Shown: in pieces, positions 57,048 through 64,000 of the stretch
Layout of the letters: every line of letters begins with the position of its first letter
Position numbering within the stretch: the first letter of the stretch is position 1
Assembly: GCA_002762785.1 (NCBI GenBank)
Contig: PCXY01000005.1
Location: 31,434-95,433, forward strand
Direction of reading: 5' to 3'
DNA from: Candidatus Woesearchaeota archaeon CG10_big_fil_rev_8_21_14_0_10_45_16
GTDB taxonomy: Archaea > Nanobdellota > Nanobdellia > Woesearchaeales > GW2011-AR9
DNA: 64,000 nucleotides
The notes under the pieces: generated by a model
What the model was told of the DNA's origin: nothing
Database searches by the model: none
The model's input: the letters and a program-made list of their open reading frames with translations, nothing else
Translations under genes and position numbers: made by a program

Positions 57048-58262
57048 ATGATGGCTTTATTCGATATTATGACCTATCCCCTACGGGGAAAGACTGTCCT
57101 TCTTCGAGTAGATTACAATGTGCCACTTGAAAAGAAAAAAGTTAAAGACAACCGCAAGGTCCTGGCTTCGCTCTCAACCATCAAGCTCCTCCTAAAAAAT
57201 GACTGCAAGATCGTCCTGATGAGCCATCTGGGGCGGCCCGACGGCAAGATTGACGAGAACCTAAGGGTCACACCGCTAGCAAAAGAATTGGAATCGTTGC
57301 TCAAACACCCAGTACACAAGCTTAATGATTGTATCGGAGAGGACGTAAAAAAGAAGATAGATAGCGGCAAGCCGAAAGACATCTTCATTCTGGAAAACTT
57401 ACGGTTTTATGCTCAGGAAGAAAATAACGACCCAGCGTTTGCCCATTCGTTGGCTGATCTGGGAGAGATCTATATCAACGATGCCTTTGCCGTATCGCAT
57501 CGCGCCCATGCTTCAGTAGAAGCTATTACCCATTTCCTGCCTTCGCTTCCCGGATTGTTGATGAAGAAAGAGATCAGTTTCATGGATCAGGCCTTACTGC
57601 CGCAAAGACCGGCTGTCTGGATCCTGGGAGGAGGAAAACTTGATAAGATACCTCTCTTAAAGAACGCTCTGCAAAAAGCAGATCATGTCCTGCTAGGAGG
57701 AGCCCTGCCGTTTGCCTTCCTGAAAGCCCACGGTATCTCTACCGGAATGTCGAAGGTAGATGCAGCCGCCGTAAGCGAAGCAAGAAAGATCATGCAGATG
57801 AAAGAAGTTAAAAAATTGATCCTACCGCCAGATTTTGTCGTCGCTGACAAGATTACACCAAGAGCCAAGACTAAAACTGTCATGGCCCAGGAGATCGCCT
57901 CTGATCAGATCGCTCTGGATATCGGACCGGAGTCGATCAAACTGTTCAAGCACTACCTGCGTAAAGCGCACACTATCGTCTGGAACGGACCTCTAGGCTA
58001 TTTTGAGCTGATGCCGTTCGCTGAAGGAACGCGGGATATCGCCCGTTTCCTAGGAAGACTGACGGCCGTAACCATCGCCGGCGGCGGAGAGACGGCAGAA
58101 GCTTTGCGCAAGTTTCAGGTTGATGATCTTTTCACGCATGTTTCTACAGGCGGCGGGGCAGCCGTCGAATATTTAGAAGGAAAAAAACTGCCCGGCATCA
58201 CGGCTTTAGAAAGAAACCATAAGCATTTTAGAAAAAGATCAGATCGTCTCAAAAGACGATAG
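57048..58262 (+). CDS. pgk: Phosphoglycerate kinase
   Basis: RVDYNVP, SHLGRP, LENLRF, STGGGA. Confidence 0.97.
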   Translation: MMALFDIMTYPLRGKTVLLRVDYNVPLEKKKVKDNRKVLASLSTIKLLLKNDCKIVLMSHLGRPDGKIDENLRVTPLAKELESLLKHPVHKLNDCIGEDVKKKIDSGKPKDIFILENLRFYAQEENNDPAFAHSLADLGEIYINDAFAVSHRAHASVEAITHFLPSLPGLLMKKEISFMDQALLPQRPAVWILGGGKLDKIPLLKNALQKADHVLLGGALPFAFLKAHGISTGMSKVDAAAVSEARKIMQMKEVKKLILPPDFVVADKITPRAKTKTVMAQEIASDQIALDIGPESIKLFKHYLRKAHTIVWNGPLGYFELMPFAEGTRDIARFLGRLTAVTIAGGGETAEALRKFQVDDLFTHVSTGGGAAVEYLEGKKLPGITALERNHKHFRKRSDRLKRR

Positions 58263-59454
58263 ATACTTTCTTGCCGGTAGAAACAGTCAGAAGATCTTCT
58301 AAAGCGTTTTTCTGGATCCTGCGTGATTCTTTGCTATGTTCCAGCGTATCATCCATCTCTTTGATGGCGCGCTGCAGTTTCTTGCGCTGGGAACGATAAT
58401 GCTCCAGCTTATATTCTAATTCCTGGACGCGCATCATGAAATCTTTTTCACGACGCTGCAATGGCTGCTGTTCAGAAAGATGCTGGAGACCGCTGTACTC
58501 TTTCTGAAGATGCTGTAGATGTCTCAAGTCCAGCGCTTTCTGAAAAAGATGTTGATGGCCATCCTGTAAGGTAATGCGGCCGGCTTTGATCAAAGCATCA
58601 AGGTGCTGGAGGATGTGAATTATGGACAGATTGTGGTCAGCCAGAAACGCTTCCAGGGGATTCTCTAGATACGTTTCCACGATAGCGGCATGAGGCGCCA
58701 TGCGGTTGTATTCCAAGAGCAGCGGCTGCAGCCGGTTCAATATCTCTGAGATCTCTTTCAACAGCATCTCTCTCTGTTGCAGCAAGGCTTTCTTCTTCTC
58801 TTTTGTCTCAGTGATAGTCCTATGCAATGGATCTTTTTCAAAAAATGATAGCTCTTCCTGCTTCTGTTGGATTCTCTGCTCTGTCTCTTCCAGACGTTCC
58901 TGCAAGGAAGAATGCTGCTCCTGAAAGCCGTCGTAATCTTTCACAGCTTTCTGAAAAGTATCATTTTTCTGCTTCAGCAGCTGGATTGTCTGCAACGGCG
59001 CAGCAAGAAGGCGTTCCTGAAATTTTCTCTGGAGGTCTAACAATTGCGTCAATCTCGCCAGGAGTGAGTTTACCGTCTCCGACGGCTCCACCGCATCAAA
59101 GACAGGTCGCAGCACAATAGCTTTCTGGGACAATTCTTTACTGGAAACGCTCACCTGATCCAAGCCAGAAGAGTTGATGACTTCTTCGACCGCTTTGATA
59201 AGCTGTTTAAGAGGAGAGCTTAAAAGACCTAATTCAACAGATGATTCCTGAAACAAGTTCTCAAGATACCATTGCAGATCTTTCAAAGAATTTGTGTACT
59301 CGATCAACTCCATAGCTAAGCCGTTTCTTTCAAGCAGGACTTGCGACTGCTGGCCGATCCAGCTGTCCAGGGAAGCAAAAGGAACCACTTCTAGAGAAGT
59401 CTCTGGAACAGGTCGCCATCTAGCGAGCAATCGTTGAAACCACCCCATGATCAA
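58249..59454 (-). CDS. Coiled-coil hypothetical protein
   Basis: Long heptad-rich helices; no Walker motifs. Confidence 0.65.
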   Translation of the reverse strand: MIMGWFQRLLARWRPVPETSLEVVPFASLDSWIGQQSQVLLERNGLAMELIEYTNSLKDLQWYLENLFQESSVELGLLSSPLKQLIKAVEEVINSSGLDQVSVSSKELSQKAIVLRPVFDAVEPSETVNSLLARLTQLLDLQRKFQERLLAAPLQTIQLLKQKNDTFQKAVKDYDGFQEQHSSLQERLEETEQRIQQKQEELSFFEKDPLHRTITETKEKKKALLQQREMLLKEISEILNRLQPLLLEYNRMAPHAAIVETYLENPLEAFLADHNLSIIHILQHLDALIKAGRITLQDGHQHLFQKALDLRHLQHLQKEYSGLQHLSEQQPLQRREKDFMMRVQELEYKLEHYRSQRKKLQRAIKEMDDTLEHSKESRRIQKNALEDLLTVSTGKKVSIVF

Positions 59455-59496
59455 CTTAGAGAATTATACTCTTTTAATGATTTCTATACCAGAAAA

Positions 59497-60693
59497 CTAT
59501 CTTCCCGCTACTATCTCGATAATGTCCAGGTTCCGCAGCAGATGTTCTTTTCCTACTGTCCTTTTGGTCTTGATGTCGATCGCCCGGATGAAATTTTTGC
59601 CGAAGTCAGTATGCAACTTATAGGCAAAATCTAGTGCCGTGCTGGCTTTAGGCATCAGGAAACAGTCAGGCAGGACATTCCCATCTTTGTCTTCCAACCT
59701 TGCGCCGCCAGGAAAGATGGCCAAGTAGCCGAGGAGCGAGAAGACAGCTTTATCCAGCACCTCCTGGACACCAGTAGAACCAAACTTTTTCAGGACGCCG
59801 CTTTCGATAAACGCGAGTGCCTGTCGCTGCCGCTCGTTGAGGGCAGAACCTTCAGGGATAGAAAAAGTGTTCTCTCCAGGGATGTGATCGATAAGGTCAG
59901 CTTTGGCCGCCTCTTTAAGAGCCAGCTCAGCCTCTGCCGAACAGCCGATGAACGTGTACTCAGAAAATAGTTGTTTGAGCCGGGCAAGGTTTTCAGAGGC
60001 TCCCGGCACGTCGATCTTGTTGCAGGCGATAAGCATCGGCTTAGTCTTTTTCCGCAAGGTTGTCGACAATCGACTGAGATCATCTTCCGACCACATATGC
60101 GGCTTGTCCTTATCAAGGTCCAGGAAAGCGATAGTCTCTTCCACCAGTTCTTCCGTCACTTTAAGACCAGATAATTGTTTAGCCAAGGCAGTTTTGATCT
60201 CTTTCTTCTCCTGGATGACTGTCCTGGCAAACTTTTCCCAGCCTTTCTTGAGGATGTGTAGATACCACATGTCTAGCTCAACTTCCAGAAAGCGGACATC
60301 TTCGGCTGGATCGTAACTGCCTTTCTCGACCTGTTCGCCTTTCTCGTTGGTGCTGCCGGAAACGTCGATGACATGTATCAGCACATCGGCCTGACGAAGA
60401 TCGTCCAGAAATTGGTTGCCCATGCCTTTCCCTTCATGAGCTCCCGGAACCAGACCGGCAACGTCAATCAGCTGGACCGGGATAAACCTAAACTTACCTA
60501 AAACAAACCCGTTACGAGGATTAGAAGATTTGCCGAAATCGAGAGCAGGATCGGGAACCTTAACATAACCAACACCTGAATTAGGCTTGATCGTCGCGAA
60601 AGGATAGTTGGCTATCTCTGCTTCAGCCAGGCTGGAAGCCTTGAAGAAAGTTGACTTTCCTACGTTTGGTTTCCCCACTATCCCTATTAACAT
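59497..60693 (-). CDS. ychF: Obg-family YchF-like ATPase/GTPase with TGS domain
   Basis: GKPNVGKST, NYPFATI, DVAGLVPGA, NKID. Confidence 0.93.
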   Translation of the reverse strand: MLIGIVGKPNVGKSTFFKASSLAEAEIANYPFATIKPNSGVGYVKVPDPALDFGKSSNPRNGFVLGKFRFIPVQLIDVAGLVPGAHEGKGMGNQFLDDLRQADVLIHVIDVSGSTNEKGEQVEKGSYDPAEDVRFLEVELDMWYLHILKKGWEKFARTVIQEKKEIKTALAKQLSGLKVTEELVEETIAFLDLDKDKPHMWSEDDLSRLSTTLRKKTKPMLIACNKIDVPGASENLARLKQLFSEYTFIGCSAEAELALKEAAKADLIDHIPGENTFSIPEGSALNERQRQALAFIESGVLKKFGSTGVQEVLDKAVFSLLGYLAIFPGGARLEDKDGNVLPDCFLMPKASTALDFAYKLHTDFGKNFIRAIDIKTKRTVGKEHLLRNLDIIEIVAGR

Positions 60694-60798
60694 GGAGCTC
60701 TGGGAAGCGCAGTTCTTTATTAGTTTTTCGCACTATAATGCTTCAGAAGATGGATGGTTACCGTAAAAGATTTATAGGGAACCGGATTCTATCATGGA

Positions 60799-61248
60799 GT
60801 GAAACTAAAAACAGCCATCTTCATCATCAGCTGCACCATCATCGTCCTGCTCTCTAGCATCTATTTTATAGCCGACCACACCCTGCCGAAAGAGGTAATC
60901 AGTATCGATTTCGATTTTAATGTTTCTAATACCAACATCGGCTTTAATCTTGATGCCGACAAGATGCATTTCGGCCGCATCCATAGAGAAAGCCAAGGGA
61001 CCAGGAAGATCAAGATCGGCAATGATGCAGATTATCCGCAGAGAGCTGAGATACTGATCGCTTCTAAAGAGCAAGAGCAGATCCAAGATTGGTTCACGGT
61101 CACCCCTAACTGGAACTATCGCCTGCAGCCAAAACAGACAGAAACATTTTTGGCAACGCTGACCATCCCAAAAGAAGCTGAATATAAAACCTACGAAGGC
61201 GCTTTTGTCATCTATCTCTATAAAGACTGGCCCTGGAAAAAATCCTAA
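60799..61248 (+). CDS. Membrane-anchored single Ig-like domain protein
   Basis: N-terminal TM; GFNLDADKMHFGRI..RKIKIGN..LTIP..YEG. Confidence 0.7.
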   Translation: MKLKTAIFIISCTIIVLLSSIYFIADHTLPKEVISIDFDFNVSNTNIGFNLDADKMHFGRIHRESQGTRKIKIGNDADYPQRAEILIASKEQEQIQDWFTVTPNWNYRLQPKQTETFLATLTIPKEAEYKTYEGAFVIYLYKDWPWKKS

Positions 61249-62453
61249 AACCCATCCTGACTAGGCCCTTCTCGTTTATACTTATATAACAACAAGAACG
61301 AGAGCATGATGATGATAAGGATCAAGACGATCGGCAAGGCCAAGAAATAGTTCTGTCTAGCCGGCTGCTGCATGGCCGACTGCTCAGGAGTCGGTTCTAC
61401 CACAAGTATTGAAAAACTAGAATTAGCGCTTGGCTCATCGTCTACAAAGGTAGCTGCTTCTAAAACATAATCACCACTATTAACATCGCTAAAATCAAAG
61501 AAAGCATCGACATCAGCAGCTGAACGAGCTTCTATAGGATACGCTGCCGTCTGCGCCTCGGCCATGGTAGTACCATTCTTTGCTTTAAGAGTAAGAGAGA
61601 TCTCAGCTTTCAGGTCGCGGTTCCAGAAGTTCTCTACTGAAAGTTGGAATTGATCGATCGTACCCTGCACAAATTCATGCTTACTGATGCCGACAACTTT
61701 CACTACTTTATCGCCTAACTGTAGTAAGCCCTGGGCTTTGGCAGCTTCGCCATCATAATCCACAACTGCTTTATACTGGTACTGACCTAAAGGAAAATCG
61801 GAGGAATCCCATTGGGCATACATCTCGCCGCGTTCTTTATATCCCAAGTTCTGGACAGGGGTCAAAGGCACAGACAGGTTAATACCATCTTCTTGAGAAG
61901 AGATCTGGAGTTCACCCTTTGTCAAACCGACTGTCTCCCGACCATGGTTTCGAACATGAGCTACAAAATAGATCATATCGCCAACATGGTAGCGAAAAGA
62001 TTGATCCTGGGTCTGGACATCTATCGTAAGAAACTTGTTAGGATAGGGACCGATCAGAAAAACTTTTGCTTTTACCTGTGCTTTTCCCGCGAGCGGAGAT
62101 TGGCCGTATCCTTCCGGAGGTACTCCCTCTTTAAAAAAGATATCCATCGATTGGTAACCAGGCTGGTCTTCAAGATTGGGAACAGTAATTTCCAGATCAA
62201 TACGGCAAGAACTCAAACAGGTTTTTAGATCTGTCTTGATTCGGGAATGATCAGCAAGGGAACCGTCTAAAGTGATATCAACACCGTTTGGAATATTGGA
62301 TACAAAAAAAGTGATAGTCTCTTTATTGCCCGGAACATAATCTATTTCATAACCTACCGGAGAGATAGTGATGGCCAAGACAGAAGAAGAGAGAAATACA
62401 AAAGAGAGAGATAAAAAGAAAAATGTAGCTGTTTTTGACATCGTAGAGATCAA
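61245..62453 (-). CDS. Secreted three-Ig-domain protein with C-terminal TM anchor (paralog of 29965-31203)
   Basis: Signal peptide; VRNHG, DYDG, NFWN, GDY motifs; C-terminal TM. Confidence 0.75.
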   Translation of the reverse strand: MISTMSKTATFFFLSLSFVFLSSSVLAITISPVGYEIDYVPGNKETITFFVSNIPNGVDITLDGSLADHSRIKTDLKTCLSSCRIDLEITVPNLEDQPGYQSMDIFFKEGVPPEGYGQSPLAGKAQVKAKVFLIGPYPNKFLTIDVQTQDQSFRYHVGDMIYFVAHVRNHGRETVGLTKGELQISSQEDGINLSVPLTPVQNLGYKERGEMYAQWDSSDFPLGQYQYKAVVDYDGEAAKAQGLLQLGDKVVKVVGISKHEFVQGTIDQFQLSVENFWNRDLKAEISLTLKAKNGTTMAEAQTAAYPIEARSAADVDAFFDFSDVNSGDYVLEAATFVDDEPSANSSFSILVVEPTPEQSAMQQPARQNYFLALPIVLILIIIMLSFLLLYKYKREGPSQDGF

Positions 62454-63187
62454 TCCTGCTGGCCTATGGATTCAGCAGTGAAAGTGATGATCGTGGAGTG
62501 GCCGCCAATTGCAGCATCAAATGGGACAGATGCTCTATATGAAACAGATAACAGGTCACCAGAGTTGCCATAATCAAAATCCCCACAAAGGAGGACACCA
62601 GTAAGATTATGCGGTGCTGTCGGTGAAGAGGTATTGGTTTGGTTAAGCAGATCTCGAAAATTTAACAAAATCCCCGTATCGCAAGATCCTGCTTCAGCAG
62701 TTCCGGCAGAGATCGAGAGCCTCGCTGTAGCTGTTGATGTACATCCAAGTTCAGAACCACAAAAGAATTCCTCTGCGTCAAAATGATTGGCAGCAGCAGT
62801 CAAGTTGATATCAACGTTACCAGTATTCTCGATAGTCATGTTAGGATCGGAACCAAGATTGGCAACATTAGTCCAGGCGCCGGTGATGTTAGTGTTATTC
62901 TGAAAATTATGTCCTCCGTGAGTGTAGATTGTAGCCGTCGTGTTCCCTGGATTGACGTAACCTGTCCCGAACGTAGCGTTGGCGTCATTCATCACAATAC
63001 CAGCCTGAGCTTGGATAGTGATAGACGTCGAACCTGTACCGGTAGTAGCTGCTCCAGAGATGCCAAAACTATTAGGTTCAGAAAGTTGACTGACAGTCAC
63101 CACTGTTCCAATAACCGTGACAAGCAATGAAAGCATCAAAAGGCTGACGATGGCCCTGTTAGAGAAATCAGCTTTTACTTTCTTCAT
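62450..63187 (-). CDS. Putative pilin/fibre major subunit
   Basis: Signal anchor; ISGAAT motif; beta-rich domain homologous to the C-terminus of the 24030 protein. Confidence 0.65.
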   Translation of the reverse strand: MKKVKADFSNRAIVSLLMLSLLVTVIGTVVTVSQLSEPNSFGISGAATTGTGSTSITIQAQAGIVMNDANATFGTGYVNPGNTTATIYTHGGHNFQNNTNITGAWTNVANLGSDPNMTIENTGNVDINLTAAANHFDAEEFFCGSELGCTSTATARLSISAGTAEAGSCDTGILLNFRDLLNQTNTSSPTAPHNLTGVLLCGDFDYGNSGDLLSVSYRASVPFDAAIGGHSTIITFTAESIGQQD

Positions 63188-63417
63188 CAGAAATCATCTC
63201 CAGAAGATTTTATCAAGACGGAAACTTGACCATCCATTGTTGACGATCCAGTATTATAATCGGCTGGGGGATAGGCTTGCAATGAAACATCTCCCGTTGT
63301 AGAAGAACTGATGCCTCCCAAGATATCTAGGTAGAGAACAAGGCTGACTACACTCACCAGGATGACAAATGTCAGCATAAACACAACCGTCTCGTTAGAT
63401 ATATCTTGATTTGCCAT
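63187..63417 (-). CDS. 76-aa membrane protein, putative fibre anchor
   Basis: N-terminus similar to 62450 (ISNETVV vs FSNRAIV); SD GAGGT; coupled to 62450. Confidence 0.65.
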   Translation of the reverse strand: MANQDISNETVVFMLTFVILVSVVSLVLYLDILGGISSSTTGDVSLQAYPPADYNTGSSTMDGQVSVLIKSSGDDF

Positions 63418-63489
63418 CCATTACCTCAACTCTTTTTGTAGTAGAATGAGTACATTATGTTTATATATCTTTCGTATCCTGTAAAGTGC

Positions 63490-64000
63490 ATGACCTTCGC
63501 TTTTGGACACCTTATCGGAGTATGGCTGGCAGGAAAAGGCTACGAAAAATTCGGCAGCAAGAAACTCAGCCATTACGCCTGGTTTTTCTTACTACTGGGA
63601 GGCATATTGCCGGATAGCGATCTTTTACTGGAATGGACTATCGGCATCGAATCGCACCGGACCATCACCCACAGCCTCTTGTTTGCCGTGATCGCTCTGG
63701 TGGTTGTGTACGTGGGAGTTACTTTATTGTGGAAGAAAGAGCTGCCAAGAAGAAAAGAGTATGCTTTAGCCGTAGGATCAGGGATAATCACCCATCTTCT
63801 TCTGGATATGCTCTCATCGGGAGTGCCGTTATTGTGGCCATTACCTTACTACTTTTCCTATTTCAATATCGAGTTTGGCGTGAGAGAGAAGATAACTATC
63901 GTCCATCAACTACTACCATTTTTAGAGGATAAGATGCGTCGGACCATCATCGACATGGCACTAGGTACGGCCTGGATCTTCTACTTCTGGTACAAGAAAA
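63490..64000 (+). CDS. YdjM-like membrane metal-dependent hydrolase (runs off window)
   Basis: Manual translation MTFAFGH..LPDSD..HRTITHSL..HLLLD..GVPLLWP; no stop before the edge. Confidence 0.88.
   Translation, partial: MTFAFGHLIGVWLAGKGYEKFGSKKLSHYAWFFLLLGGILPDSDLLLEWTIGIESHRTITHSLLFAVIALVVVYVGVTLLWKKELPRRKEYALAVGSGIITHLLLDMLSSGVPLLWPLPYYFSYFNIEFGVREKITIVHQLLPFLEDKMRRTIIDMALGTAWIFYFWYKK

Noticed and set aside
58249-59454. Rad50/SMC partner of mre11
   Set aside because: No Walker A/B or zinc-hook motif, and too short

Overview
Archaeal DNA, most consistent with a DPANN lineage such as Woesearchaeota. The evidence is aIF2-gamma, Alba, S17e, L1/P0/P1, BHB-intron tRNAs, tRNA-Ile(UAU) and several bacterial-type metabolic genes. 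Bases 1-9050 form an AT-richer operon beside the 3' end of a triple-intron tRNA-Glu. It contains a >2018-aa minus-strand ORF missing from the ORF track because it runs off the window edge: signal peptide, SpvB/TcB-like region, FG-GAP repeats, a Cys-rich insert and a YD/Rhs shell. The shell stops at the 'HAP' motif and continues as Ig-like stalk repeats. A separate 404-aa signal-peptide gene resumes the Rhs shell at about that point and carries the DPxG core plus a putative toxin tip, followed by two small candidate immunity genes. This apparent split, Sec-exported Rhs system is the top candidate. The second candidate is a dispersed surface-fibre system: a pilin-like domain shared by the 62450 protein and the C-terminus of a 1974-aa adhesin, two paralogous three-Ig membrane proteins, and short anchors with a donor-strand-like motif. 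The rest is housekeeping (translation, grpE-dnaK-dnaJ, metK, transketolase, pgk, mre11, ychF), a thiol-redox cluster, unannotated Cys-rich small ORFs and two MITE families. No CRISPR array, rRNA, integrase or transposase was seen. All family calls come from motif recognition by eye, not database searches.
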